DNA of 64,000 nt. It comes from an uncultured delta proteobacterium (GTDB lineage Bacteria > Desulfobacterota > Binatia > Binatales > Binataceae). The DNA lies in the NCBI GenBank assembly GCA_963835905.1, contig CAWIHG010000008.1, positions 258,384 through 322,383 of the forward strand, written 5' to 3'. The position numbers and the translations under genes were made by a program. Shown here piece after piece: positions 9,970-20,000 of this stretch; the stretch's first letter is position 1, and each line of letters starts with the position of its first letter. The notes beneath the pieces were generated by a model, which saw nothing but the letters and a program-made list of their open reading frames with translations, had not been told where the DNA came from and did no database searches.

Positions 9970-11120
9970 CGCCGCCCCTCTTGCGCATCCAGCTTAGCGC
10001 CGCGAGCGGCCGCGCTGAACTGATCGACGGCGAGCGCGCATCCGCGCGGCCCGCCTGCCTGCGCGCGGCCCAACAGGCGCACGCGGCTGCCTTCGACAAA
10101 TCCAAGGTCTTCGGTGACGACAGCCGAGACCGAGCACACGTTGGCGAGGTCGAAAAACCCGAGCATCCCGGCGCTCCCGTCCGGCGAGCGCTCGAAGGTC
10201 CGCGGATCGATAGCGACCGGGCGCATCCACTCCGGCGCGATCTTGACGCGCTGGTCCGCCGGCGCGACCTCGGCGCCGTTGAGCGGCGTCGCGTCATAAA
10301 GCTGCGAGCACAACTCCGTCATGCCGTACTCATTGATGACGTGGCTCGGGGGGATCCCGAGGCAGGCGCTCGCGCGTGCAACGACCTCGGCCGGTGCGAG
10401 CGGATCGAGTTGTCCCTTCGGGCCGCCGGTATCCATCATTCGCGACCCTGGCGCGAGCACGAATCCGGCGCCCCCCTCCACCATCCGGTGGAACATCGTG
10501 GCCGCCGCGGCCGTGGTCGCCAGGATGCAAACCGGCGCGGCGTCCGACTCCGCTTCGCGCAGAAAACCGAGCGCGGCATCGAGGTCAACGCGATGGCGGT
10601 CCGCGGCGCACATCACCGCTGCTTCGCCGAACTCCTCGATACACCAGGAGATCATCGTGGACAGCGACGACTCCGGCATCCGGTCCGCCGTCGCGTGAAG
10701 CGCGAGCATCCTCATCCGCGCCCCGTCGGCGAACATCATGCGGTGCAATTGCGCCAGCGCGGAGGCGCGGTATATTTCGGGAAATTCCACGACGTGGCGG
10801 CCGCGGCGCTCGCGCCCGATCGTAGTGCCGCTGGTCAGAAACGCGAGCGAGCCGGGACGCGCGGCGGCGCCGGAGGGCGCAAGGTCCGCGTACTTGAACG
10901 CCGCGGTGTTGACCATCGGTATTTCGTCCGCAGTCGCCACGCTCGTGGGAGTTCTGCCAATCGAGCGGCAGTATTCGCGATAGGGAGGCACTGAATCGAA
11001 CTGGTAAGCGAACACCTCGAGCGCCAACTCGTCGAACTTCGCCCGGTCGGGCCTGTGGATAAACGAAATGACCTTTTGATGGGTTGAAGTCACCGTGGCG
11101 ACGGCGGGCCCCGTCCTCAT
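9966..11120 (-). CDS. LuxE-like acyl-protein synthetase
   Basis: LuxE-family N-terminus (FDELALEVFAYQFDSVPPYREYC) and FLTSGTT adenylation motif; ATG at 11120-11118. Confidence 0.7.
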   Translation of the reverse strand: MRTGPAVATVTSTHQKVISFIHRPDRAKFDELALEVFAYQFDSVPPYREYCRSIGRTPTSVATADEIPMVNTAAFKYADLAPSGAAARPGSLAFLTSGTTIGRERRGRHVVEFPEIYRASALAQLHRMMFADGARMRMLALHATADRMPESSLSTMISWCIEEFGEAAVMCAADRHRVDLDAALGFLREAESDAAPVCILATTAAAATMFHRMVEGGAGFVLAPGSRMMDTGGPKGQLDPLAPAEVVARASACLGIPPSHVINEYGMTELCSQLYDATPLNGAEVAPADQRVKIAPEWMRPVAIDPRTFERSPDGSAGMLGFFDLANVCSVSAVVTEDLGFVEGSRVRLLGRAQAGGPRGCALAVDQFSAAARGAKLDAQEGRR

Positions 11121-11416
11121 TGCATAATGTCGCGGCTTTGGCGGCCGTTCAATGCCGCGAATCGTAGTGCGGGCGATTTGTGAAAAGCCATATTTACCGC
11201 GGGCTTGAAATCATCTAATATCTGTCCGGTGGCGGTGGTGGCGGCGTGGCACCGCAGGCGAAGTTAGCCGGGCGGTTGGTAGCTTCCGCGGGATTTCAAG
11301 CGTATCAAATCGAAAAACTAGCGGCCTCACCGCCGATACGGATGAAACCATTTTTGCAGGCTGTGCGTAATTCTGTTAATAGAACCGGTATCGGCGTCCG
11401 GGAGGGGCTTCGGTAA

Positions 11417-11830
11417 ATGAAGAAGTTCGTAGTGGGCGTAATGGTGGGCTTTCTCGCCAGTTGCGGCTTGGCACTTGCCTCAGCCGGTCTCGGCCACAAC
11501 GGGATGTTCTGGAACAAGCTCAGCACCCAGGCCAAGGACGGCTACGTCAACGGATACTCCGATGCGATGAAGGTCAGCGTCGGTCAGCTCGACAGCCTGC
11601 AGATCGCAGCCGACATGTTCCACTGGAAGGGCGCGCACAAGATCATCAAGCAGCTGAGCGGTGAGCTCTCGATGGCGGACCTGTCGCCGAACCAGGCGGT
11701 CTCCCGGCTCAACTCGCTTTACTCGAATCCGAAATACAGCGAACTCGACCTTGGACAGGCGCTGCAGTTGCTCACGTTGCGAGCCAACGAGACCGCGCTT
11801 CCGGCAGGGCGCGAATCGCACCGGAAGTAG
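11417..11830 (+). CDS. Hypothetical lipoprotein
   Basis: Signal peptide with a lipobox (LASCG); followed by a strong terminator. Confidence 0.55.
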   Translation: MKKFVVGVMVGFLASCGLALASAGLGHNGMFWNKLSTQAKDGYVNGYSDAMKVSVGQLDSLQIAADMFHWKGAHKIIKQLSGELSMADLSPNQAVSRLNSLYSNPKYSELDLGQALQLLTLRANETALPAGRESHRK

Positions 11831-11854
11831 CGGCTCCAATTTTCTTGAAAGCAG

Positions 11855-11887
11855 AGAGGCGAGTCCCCGGACTCGCCTCTTTTTTTC
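11855..11887 (+). terminator. Rho-independent terminator
   Basis: 11-bp perfect stem AGAGGCGAGTC/GACTCGCCTCT, CCCG loop, then TTTTTTT. Confidence 0.8.
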
Positions 11888-11961
11888 TGCACTCGCGGGC
11901 TTTGTCAACGCTTGAAACGCCGCGGGAGCGGTCCTAGCCTGATTGCCGGGAAGTCGTCGTA

Positions 11962-12870
11962 GTGAATGCTCCTATAATCCCGCTCGAGAAAGCGGTGCGC
12001 GCGACGGTCGGGGTTCATTCCCATGTACCGTCCACGCACGTCTCGACCGCGATTGGTCTCGGCACCGATCGCCGCGGCACCGGAACCATCGTCAGCCCCG
12101 ACGGCCTCATCCTCACCGTCCATTACCTGCTGCTTGGCGCGACCAACGTGATCGTGACGCTGCCGGGCGGCGAGCAGCATGAAGCCAGGATTGTCGGCAA
12201 GGATTACGGCACTGGGCTCGGGCTTCTGAAGATCGACGCGGGAGCCCTGCCGCACCTGCAAGTGGTCTCCTCGGAAACCTGCACCCCGGGCGAAGAGGCT
12301 TTCACGGTGGCGAGCCTGGGCGCCGAGAAGCGATGCGCCGATTGCGGCATTATCACCTATCTGGGGCCGTTCGACGCGGTCTGGGAGTTCGTGCTCGAGC
12401 GATGCATCTGCGTCACGGCGTCGTCGCTGCAAATCGGGCTCAGCGGCGGGCCGATCCTTAATCGCCGGGCGCAGATCGTCGGCGTGTCGTACCTGAACTT
12501 CGCCGATCTCGGCCGCGCAATTCTCGGCATCCCCGGCGAATACTTCCTTGCGGTGCGCGACGAATTGCAGCAGCACGGCCAGCGCATTACCGCCGCGCCG
12601 CGCGCCTGGCTTGGCGTGCTGTCCTACACCCTGCGCGAGCACGTCGTGATCGCGACCGTGATGCCGGGCGGACCGGCGGACAAGGCCGGGCTTCAGCAGG
12701 GCGACCTGGTGCTCGCGGTGGACGGCGCCGACGTCAGCGAACGCCGCCTGATGTATGACGCGGTGCGCAGCCATCAGCCAGGCGAACAGATAACGCTCAA
12801 GGTCCTGCGCAATAACCGCATCTACAACGTCGAAGTCCCCGCCATCCGTGCCGAGGACTACTTCGCCTGA
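11962..12870 (+). CDS. Trypsin-like S1C serine protease with C-terminal PDZ domain (HtrA-like)
   Basis: GTGTIVSPDGLILTVHY and GLSGGP catalytic-serine motif, PDZ-like tail. Confidence 0.75.
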   Translation: MNAPIIPLEKAVRATVGVHSHVPSTHVSTAIGLGTDRRGTGTIVSPDGLILTVHYLLLGATNVIVTLPGGEQHEARIVGKDYGTGLGLLKIDAGALPHLQVVSSETCTPGEEAFTVASLGAEKRCADCGIITYLGPFDAVWEFVLERCICVTASSLQIGLSGGPILNRRAQIVGVSYLNFADLGRAILGIPGEYFLAVRDELQQHGQRITAAPRAWLGVLSYTLREHVVIATVMPGGPADKAGLQQGDLVLAVDGADVSERRLMYDAVRSHQPGEQITLKVLRNNRIYNVEVPAIRAEDYFA

Positions 12871-12951
12871 GCCCGCATCCGCCGCGCCCGCAAGTGCGCC
12901 GCAATCGCGGCGCGCATGATCCGATCGCCGATTCGCAAAGGAGCTGCCCCG

Positions 12952-13794
12952 ATGAATGAACCGAGAGCGCGGCTGCGCGAGATGCTCGCGAAGCCCGCGA
13001 TGATCGTTGCCCCGTTCGTGTTCGACTGCCTGCAGGCGCGGCTGGCCGCGGAGGCCGGCTTCGAGGCGGTGTACATGACCGGATTCGGCACCGCCGCCGC
13101 GCGCGGCTATCCCGACCTGGGATTGCTGACGATGTCCGAGATGGCGGCGGCCGCGCGCGCGATCGCGAATTCCGTAGACGTCCCGGTAATCTGCGACGCC
13201 GATACGGGCTACGGAAATCCGCTCAACGTATGGCGCACGGTGCGCGAGTACGAAGACGCCGGCGCGGCGGCGCTCCATATAGAAGACCAGGTCTGGCCCA
13301 AGCGATGCGGCTTCCTGGCGGGAAAGCAGGTCATCCCGATGGAAACGATGGCGCCAAAGGTGCGCTCGGCATGCGACGCGCGCCGCGATCCCAACCTGGT
13401 CATCATCGCGCGCACCGACGCGCTCCAGCCGCACGGATGGGATGAAGTCGAGCGGCGCGCACGCGCCTATCGCGCGGCCGGCGCGGACCTGATCTTCGTC
13501 GACGGCATCCGCACACAGGACGATCTCAGGACGTATGCGGGGCGGCTGGGAGACCTGCCGCTGGTCTATAACGGCGACCTGCTGCCGGTCGATGAACTCG
13601 CCAGGTATCCGTTCAAGCTGACCATCCACATCGGCACGCTGCTCGCAGCGTACCGCACCACGCGCGACACGATGCGCGAGCTGCGCCGCTCTGGGCGCGT
13701 CGGCGCTGGGACGCGGGACGGGACATTCGAGGAATTCGTGCGCACCATGGGCGTGTCCGAGTACCAGGCGCTGGAGCGGAAGTATAAGGAGTAG
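12952..13794 (+). CDS. Isocitrate lyase / PEP mutase family enzyme (PrpB- or carboxyvinyl-carboxyphosphonate phosphorylmutase-like)
   Basis: DADTGYG and HIEDQ..PKRCGF motifs of the ICL/PEPM TIM-barrel family. Confidence 0.8.
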   Translation: MNEPRARLREMLAKPAMIVAPFVFDCLQARLAAEAGFEAVYMTGFGTAAARGYPDLGLLTMSEMAAAARAIANSVDVPVICDADTGYGNPLNVWRTVREYEDAGAAALHIEDQVWPKRCGFLAGKQVIPMETMAPKVRSACDARRDPNLVIIARTDALQPHGWDEVERRARAYRAAGADLIFVDGIRTQDDLRTYAGRLGDLPLVYNGDLLPVDELARYPFKLTIHIGTLLAAYRTTRDTMRELRRSGRVGAGTRDGTFEEFVRTMGVSEYQALERKYKE

Positions 13795-13860
13795 CGCCGG
13801 ACCGGTTTTGGGAATCCGCAGATTTCGCCGATGTCACGGATTATCGATCACAGTAAATTT

Positions 13861-13887
13861 CGGGCGGCGCTGGAACAGCGCCGCCCG
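13861..13887. terminator. Bidirectional hairpin terminator between convergent genes
   Basis: Perfect 12-bp stem CGGGCGGCGCTG/CAGCGCCGCCCG; sits between the ICL/PEPM-family gene (+) and ppdK (-). Confidence 0.5.
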
Positions 13888-13945
13888 ATGATTTCAGTGA
13901 AACTGTGAAATCGGTGAAATCTGCGGAGCGATATTTCCGCGCGGT

Positions 13946-16693
13946 TCAGACGTCCTTGAACGCCTTCTTTTTCTGCCTCGCCTGGACTGAAGCCTGCGCC
14001 GCCGCCAGCCGCGCGACCGGAATCCGGTACGGCGAGCATGATACGTAATCCAGGCCCAAACCGTCGCAAGTCCTGACGCTGGCGGGATCGCCGCCGTGCT
14101 CGCCGCAAATCCCGATTTTCAGCTTTCGATTGGCCTTGCGCCCGCGCTCGACCGCGATCTTCATCAGCTCGCCCACGCCGGGCTCGTCAAGTTCCTGGAA
14201 AGGGTCCTTCGGATATATTCCGCGCCGCAGATAATCGGGCAGAAACTTCGCCGAATCGTCGCGCGACAGCCCGTACGTCATCTGCGTCAGGTCATTGGTG
14301 CCGAACGAAAAAAATTCCGCCGCCGCGCCGATCTGCGCCGCCATCAGGCAGGCGCGCGGCACCTCGATCATGGTGCCGACCGTGAACGGCACCTTGACGC
14401 CCTGCTCCTTGAAGACCTCGGCCGCGACTTGTCGGATCTCGCCGGCCAGGATGTCGAACTCCTTACGCTCGCCGATCAGCGGGAGCATGATTTCCGGCAC
14501 CGCCTTGACGCCCTGCTTGCGCAGCTCGCAGGCCGCTTCCAGGATCGCGCGGGCCTGCACCTTGTAGATCTCGGGATAACTGATTCCGAGGCGGGAGCCG
14601 CGATGCCCCAGCATCGGGTTGAACTCGAACAGCCCGTCGCGGACGTTCTTCAGATGCTCGGGCGTGACGCCGATCTTGGCGGCCAGCTCGCGAATCTCCG
14701 CGTCCTCCTTGGGCAGGAACTCATGCAGCGGTGGATCGAGCAAGCGCACGGTCACCGGCAGCCCCGCCATCGCCTTGAAAATCCCGACGAAGTCCTCGCG
14801 CTGCATCGGCAGGATTTTCGCGAGCGCGGCGGCGCGCTGACGCGCATTCTCGGCCATGATCATCTGGCGCACCGCCTCGATTCGATCGGGCTCGAAGAAC
14901 ATATGCTCGGTGCGGCACAGCCCGATTCCCTCCGCGCCGAACTCGCGCGCAATTTTCGCATCGCCTGGCGTGTCGGCGTTGGCGCGCACGCCAAGCCTGC
15001 GCTCCTGGTCCGCCCACGACATGAATTTCTTGAAATGCGGCGGCATCTCGGGGCGCACGGTCGGCACCCGTCCCAAAATTACCTCGCCCGACGAACCGTC
15101 GAGCGTAAGATACTCGCCACGGCGAATCACCTGGCCGCCCGCGGTAAGGGTGCCGCCCGCGTAGTCCACGTCCAGCGCGGAGCATCCCGCAACGCAGCAC
15201 TTGCCCATCCCGCGCGCCACCACCGCGGCGTGACTTGTCATTCCGCCGCGTGCGGTGAGAATTCCCTCCGCGACCTGCATTCCGTGGATATCCTCGGGCG
15301 AAGTCTCGACGCGTACCAGGATGACGGGGCGTCCGGCGGCGCTGACCGCGACCGCCTCCTCGGCTGAGAACGCGACCTCGCCGAACACGGCGCCGGGCGA
15401 GGCGGGGAGTCCACGCGCGATTACCTGCTTGGGGCTGGACGGATCGAGCCGCGGATGCAGGAATTGCTCGAGCGATTCCGGCTCAACGCGGGTGAGCGCG
15501 ACCTTGCGATCGATCAGTTTCTCGTCGGCCATATCGACCGCGATTCGAACCGCGGCTTCCGCGGTGCGCTTGCCGCTGCGGGTCTGAAGCATGAACAGGC
15601 GGCCGCGCTCGATGGTGAATTCCATGTCCTGGCAGTCGCGGAAGTGCTTCTCCAGGCGCGCGGCAATCTTGAGCAGGTCCTTGTAAACCGCGGGAAAGCT
15701 CTCCTCCAGGGTCGGATATTTCGCGCGGCGTTCGTCCTCGCGAACGCTCATCATCGCGGCGCGCTTGCGTCCGGCCGCAAGGCTTATCTGGAGTGGCGTG
15801 CGGATTCCGGCGACCACGTCCTCGCCCTGCGCGTTGGGAAGAAATTCGCCGTAGATTCCCTTCTCACCGGTTCCCGGGTCGCGCGTGAATGCCACGCCCG
15901 TGGCGCAATCCGCGCCCAGGTTGCCGAAGACCATCGATTGGACGGTGACCGCGGTGCCCCAGTCGCCGGGGATATCGTTGATCCGCCGGTAGGTGATGGC
16001 GCGATCGTTGTTCCAGGAGCCGAACACCGCGCCGATCGCCTCCCAGAGCTGCTCCCACGGATCCTGCGGCACGTCGCGTCCAATCCGGCGCCGAATCAGC
16101 GCGCGAAATTCGCCGACCAGCTCCTTCAGGTCGTCAACGTTCAGATCGACGTCCTGCTGCACTCCGCGCGCGGCCTTCTTGCGATCGATCAGCTCCTCGA
16201 ACGGATCGGGATCGTGCTTGTCCTCGGGCTTGAGCTTGAGCACCACGTCGCCGTACATCTGGCAGAAGCGGCGATAAGAATCCCATGCAAAGCGCGGATT
16301 GTTGCTCACCGCCTCGAGGCCCTTGACGGTCTCGTCGGTCAGCCCGAGGTTGAGCACCGTGTCCATCATCCCGGGCATCGAGACCCGCGCGCCCGAGCGC
16401 ACCGAGACGAGCAACGGGTTGTGCGCGTCGCCGAACTTGCGTCCGAGCGCCTTTTCCACGCGCGCGACGCTTTTCTTCACGCCCTCGGCAAGGCCCTTCG
16501 GATATTTGCTCTGATGGTCGTAAAAGTAGTTGCAGACCCGGGTCGAGATCGTGAAGCCGGGCGGCACCGGCAGCTTTAGCGAAGCCATCTCGGCGAGATT
16601 CGCGCCCTTGCCGCCGAGCAAATCGCGCATCGCGGAGCGGCCTTCCGCCACCCCGGCGCCAAAGAAGTAGATTTCAGGATGCACACGAGCCAT
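13946..16693 (-). CDS. ppdK: Pyruvate, phosphate dikinase
   Basis: 915 aa with PEP-utilizing, mobile phospho-histidine and PPDK N-terminal domains (GGMTSHAAVVARG). Confidence 0.95.
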   Translation of the reverse strand: MARVHPEIYFFGAGVAEGRSAMRDLLGGKGANLAEMASLKLPVPPGFTISTRVCNYFYDHQSKYPKGLAEGVKKSVARVEKALGRKFGDAHNPLLVSVRSGARVSMPGMMDTVLNLGLTDETVKGLEAVSNNPRFAWDSYRRFCQMYGDVVLKLKPEDKHDPDPFEELIDRKKAARGVQQDVDLNVDDLKELVGEFRALIRRRIGRDVPQDPWEQLWEAIGAVFGSWNNDRAITYRRINDIPGDWGTAVTVQSMVFGNLGADCATGVAFTRDPGTGEKGIYGEFLPNAQGEDVVAGIRTPLQISLAAGRKRAAMMSVREDERRAKYPTLEESFPAVYKDLLKIAARLEKHFRDCQDMEFTIERGRLFMLQTRSGKRTAEAAVRIAVDMADEKLIDRKVALTRVEPESLEQFLHPRLDPSSPKQVIARGLPASPGAVFGEVAFSAEEAVAVSAAGRPVILVRVETSPEDIHGMQVAEGILTARGGMTSHAAVVARGMGKCCVAGCSALDVDYAGGTLTAGGQVIRRGEYLTLDGSSGEVILGRVPTVRPEMPPHFKKFMSWADQERRLGVRANADTPGDAKIAREFGAEGIGLCRTEHMFFEPDRIEAVRQMIMAENARQRAAALAKILPMQREDFVGIFKAMAGLPVTVRLLDPPLHEFLPKEDAEIRELAAKIGVTPEHLKNVRDGLFEFNPMLGHRGSRLGISYPEIYKVQARAILEAACELRKQGVKAVPEIMLPLIGERKEFDILAGEIRQVAAEVFKEQGVKVPFTVGTMIEVPRACLMAAQIGAAAEFFSFGTNDLTQMTYGLSRDDSAKFLPDYLRRGIYPKDPFQELDEPGVGELMKIAVERGRKANRKLKIGICGEHGGDPASVRTCDGLGLDYVSCSPYRIPVARLAAAQASVQARQKKKAFKDV

Positions 16694-16788
16694 TTCGGAT
16701 ATCGTCTCCAGTTCCCGCCGCGAGCGGGTTCGATGTTAGGAGTTAAATTGCCGCGATTTGTTCGCGGCTGCGATCCGGCACCACCGCA

Positions 16789-18087
16789 TCAACGGTACCA
16801 TCCGATCTTGTCGGTCAGTACTTCTACCAGCCGCGAGACTGGGAATCGCTCCTGCTGCGTGGTGTCGCGATCGCGCAGCGTCACGGTGTCATCTTCCATG
16901 GTCTGATGATCGATCGTCACGCCGAACGGCGTGCCGACTTCGTCCTGACGGCGGTAGCGCCGCCCGATCGAGCCGGCCTGGTCGTACGCGGTCGTGAAGT
17001 GGCGCGCGAGAATTTCGCGCACCGAGTGCGCCTTCTCGGGCTGCCCGGCCTTGCGCAGTAGCGGATAGATCGCGACCTTGACCGGCGCAAGCCGCGGGTC
17101 AAGCCGCAGCACGATTCGCTCCTCGTTCTCGACCACGTCTTCGTCGTACGCATCGAGCATGAAACACAGCATCGAGCGATCGACTCCGAGCGCGGGCTCG
17201 ATCACCCACGGGCGGTAGCGCTTTTTGGCTTCTTCGTCGAAGTAGGTCAGGTCCCTGCCGCTGGCGTTTGCGTGCTGGTCGAGATCGAAGCTGCCGCGCT
17301 TGGCGATCCCCTCCAGTTCGCCCCATCCGAACGGGTACAGAAACTCCAGGTCGGTGGTGCCGCTGGAATAATGCGAAAGCTCCTGCTGGCCGTGCTCGCG
17401 GCGGCGCAGATGCTCGGGTTTGAGGCCGTACTTTGTGTGCCAATTGAATCGGAACTCGACCCAGTAGCGGTACCACTTTTCCTCTTCCGCCTGGTCGGGC
17501 CGGATGAAGAATTCCATCTCCATCTGTTCGAACTCGCGGGTGCGGAAAATGAAATTCTCAGTGGTGATCTCGTTGCGGAATGACTTGCCGATTTGCGCGA
17601 CGCCGAAGGGCAGCTTGACGCGCTGGGTGTCCACGATGTTCTGGAAGTTGGCGAAGATTCCCTGCGCGGTTTCCGGCCGCAGATAGACGGTGCTCGCGGT
17701 CTCTTCGACCGGACCCATGAAGGTCTTGAACATCAGGTTGAACTGGCGCGCCGGCGTCAGCTCGCCGCCGCACTCGGGGCACTTGTCGCCCTGAATATGA
17801 TCGGCGCGAAAGCGCTGCTTGCAGCTTTTGCAGTCCACCAGCGGGTCGGTGAAATTCTTCAAATGACCCGACGCCTCCCAGGTGCGGGGATGCTGGAAAA
17901 TCGCGGAGTCCAATCCCAGCACGTCGGTCCGCCACTGCACCATCTCGCGCCACCACGCTTCCTTGACGTTGCGCTTGAGCTCGACTCCGAGCGGACCGTA
18001 GTCGAAGGTCGAGCCGAGGCCGCCGTAGATGTCGCCGGTGGGAAAAACGATTCCGCGGCGCTTGCAGAGATTGACCAGCTTTTCCAT
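16789..18087 (-). CDS. glyQS: Glycine--tRNA ligase (dimeric class II type)
   Basis: MEKLVNLCKRRGIVFP..IYGGL N-terminus and class-II aaRS core; ATG at 18087-18085. Confidence 0.9.
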   Translation of the reverse strand: MEKLVNLCKRRGIVFPTGDIYGGLGSTFDYGPLGVELKRNVKEAWWREMVQWRTDVLGLDSAIFQHPRTWEASGHLKNFTDPLVDCKSCKQRFRADHIQGDKCPECGGELTPARQFNLMFKTFMGPVEETASTVYLRPETAQGIFANFQNIVDTQRVKLPFGVAQIGKSFRNEITTENFIFRTREFEQMEMEFFIRPDQAEEEKWYRYWVEFRFNWHTKYGLKPEHLRRREHGQQELSHYSSGTTDLEFLYPFGWGELEGIAKRGSFDLDQHANASGRDLTYFDEEAKKRYRPWVIEPALGVDRSMLCFMLDAYDEDVVENEERIVLRLDPRLAPVKVAIYPLLRKAGQPEKAHSVREILARHFTTAYDQAGSIGRRYRRQDEVGTPFGVTIDHQTMEDDTVTLRDRDTTQQERFPVSRLVEVLTDKIGWYR

Positions 18088-18151
18088 CGTGACCGCGTTC
18101 TTGCGCGCGGTCAGCGGTTGCGATTCCGACAAACGACCCTCCTGGACTGAC

Positions 18152-18715
18152 TCAAGTTTGACCCGCGCTCCCGCGCCCCGGGACCAGCTCGATGATCTCC
18201 GCCGCCAGCACCCGGCCGTCCGCGATTTCAAGTATCGCCACCGTTCCCGGCACTCCGACCAGGTTGCGCGGCAGCGTCGCGCTGCCCGGATTTACCACCA
18301 GCGTCGCGCCATATCGCACCACGCCTTCCACGTGGCTGTGCCCCTGCACGACGACGTCCACCGGTCCGCCGAACTGCCGGTCCATCGCGCGGCGGAAAAC
18401 CTCTTCGGAGGTCTCGTCGGGAGTCGGAATCGCGTGGACCAGCCCGATCCGCAGCCCCTCGATTTCGACCAGGTGCGCCTCGCGCACACGCTCATCGGGG
18501 TCGAGGCGGAAGCGATGGCCGTCTAGACCCTCGTCGCCGTTGCCAAGCGCCGCGATTACCGGCGCTATCTCCGCAAGCTCGTCCAGCACCCGGTTCACAT
18601 AGACGTCGCCCGCGTGCATGACGAGGTCGATGCCGCGAAAGACCTCGAACACCTCGGCGGGCAAATGCTCGCAGGCTTCGGGGATGTGAGTGTCGGAAAT
18701 GAGACCGATGCGCAT
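18152..18715 (-). CDS. YfcE-like metallophosphoesterase
   Basis: MRIGLISDTH...HAGD...GNGD...GHSH phosphoesterase motifs. Confidence 0.8.
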   Translation of the reverse strand: MRIGLISDTHIPEACEHLPAEVFEVFRGIDLVMHAGDVYVNRVLDELAEIAPVIAALGNGDEGLDGHRFRLDPDERVREAHLVEIEGLRIGLVHAIPTPDETSEEVFRRAMDRQFGGPVDVVVQGHSHVEGVVRYGATLVVNPGSATLPRNLVGVPGTVAILEIADGRVLAAEIIELVPGRGSAGQT

Positions 18716-19001
18716 CGCGATGCGCCGCGAAAAACCTCGCGAGCGCGAAGGGTTAAGGCTACCATGCACGGCGCGCGTCGGCAATTTTGCGATTTTCGGC
18801 GGTTCCTTCGCATGTTTGTGCCAGCGTCGCGCCGGATTTGCCGCACTTCCCGCCGATTCGCGGCCCGAATGTGCAAAAACGTGAGCCCAGCGTTGATCCT
18901 TTCGGTGTCCACCGTGATAAAAGCGCACCAGCCGACGCCAGCCGCGATCCGGATCGTGCCCGACGCGACTACCTGAGCGGCGCCCGGCGGGGAGAGAAGA
19001 C

Positions 19002-19334
19002 ATGCGGCCCTTGACGATTATCATCGTGGGATTCGCCATCGGAACCGCGCTGGCACTGGCGGGATGCGGGCACAAGCTCGTCGCCACCACCGGTGAAAAG
19101 ACCGTCTCGATCTACCCCGACGAGGACACCTTTAAGAAAATTGCGCAGATGAAAGGCGAAGGCGGCGTCGCCGGGATGTTCGGCGGACTGGGCGAAAGCC
19201 TTGCCACCAAGAAGGTCGCCAATGACACCCCGGTGAAAATTATTTCCAGTGATGACCTCGGCTCCGAGATCGAAATCCTTGACGGAAGCGACAAGGGCCA
19301 GAAGGGGTTCGTTCCCAGGCAGAACGTCGACTGA
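19002..19334 (+). CDS. Hypothetical small lipoprotein
   Basis: Signal peptide with a lipobox (LAGCG). Confidence 0.5.
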   Translation: MRPLTIIIVGFAIGTALALAGCGHKLVATTGEKTVSIYPDEDTFKKIAQMKGEGGVAGMFGGLGESLATKKVANDTPVKIISSDDLGSEIEILDGSDKGQKGFVPRQNVD

Positions 19335-19432
19335 GCTCGGCGTCCACTCGCGCCGGTCTTCCCAGCCTCCAGGCGCCGCGCTTTCGAGGGCTCCGCCGCT
19401 TTGATAAATTCGAAGCTCCGGCATACACCGCG

Positions 19433-19972
19433 ATGGCGCTTCTCAAGATTCGAAAATTTCCCGACGACGTCCTGAAGCAGCCGGCCGAGCCGGTCGCCAA
19501 TATCGACGCAAAGCTCAATGCCCTGCTCGACAGCATGGCCCAGACCATGTACGCGGCTCCCGGCGTGGGGCTCGCAGCGCCACAGGTCGGAGAATCGGTG
19601 CGCGTCGTGGTGCTCGACACCGAGCACGAGGACCCTGGCAAGCATCTGCTTAAACTGATCAACCCGAAAATCGTCGAGGCCGAGGGCAAGATCACGTGGG
19701 AAGAGGGATGTCTGTCGGTGATCGATTACTCGGCCGAAGTCGAGCGCGCGGCGCGGGTGCTGGTGCGCGCGTGGACACCGGAGGAAAAGGAAATCGAGAT
19801 TGAGGCCGACGATCTGCTGGCGGTCGCCCTCCAGCACGAGATCGATCATCTCGAAGGCAAGCTCTTCATCGATCGCATCAGCCGTATCAAGCGCGAATTC
19901 TACCGCCGCAAACTCAAGAAAATGATCAAGGAGGGCAAAGCCGACGATCGTCCCTCCGCGGTCCGGATCTGA
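19433..19972 (+). CDS. def: Peptide deformylase
   Basis: GVGLAAPQ, EGCLS and HEIDHL motifs. Confidence 0.95.
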   Translation: MALLKIRKFPDDVLKQPAEPVANIDAKLNALLDSMAQTMYAAPGVGLAAPQVGESVRVVVLDTEHEDPGKHLLKLINPKIVEAEGKITWEEGCLSVIDYSAEVERAARVLVRAWTPEEKEIEIEADDLLAVALQHEIDHLEGKLFIDRISRIKREFYRRKLKKMIKEGKADDRPSAVRI

Positions 19973-20000
19973 AATCGCGGCGCCGCTGAAAATCATCTTC

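Noticed and set aside
11120-11416. Sigma54-like TGGCAC at about 11258 in the luxE/lipoprotein divergent region
   Set aside because: A TGGCAC hexamer is present, but the -12 GC element is not at the required spacing (TGGCAC-cgcag-GCGA).
11905-13629. 574-aa minus-strand ORF
   Set aside because: It is antisense to two well-supported plus-strand genes (the HtrA-like protease and the ICL/PEPM-family enzyme). It has Arg-rich junk composition and no motifs.
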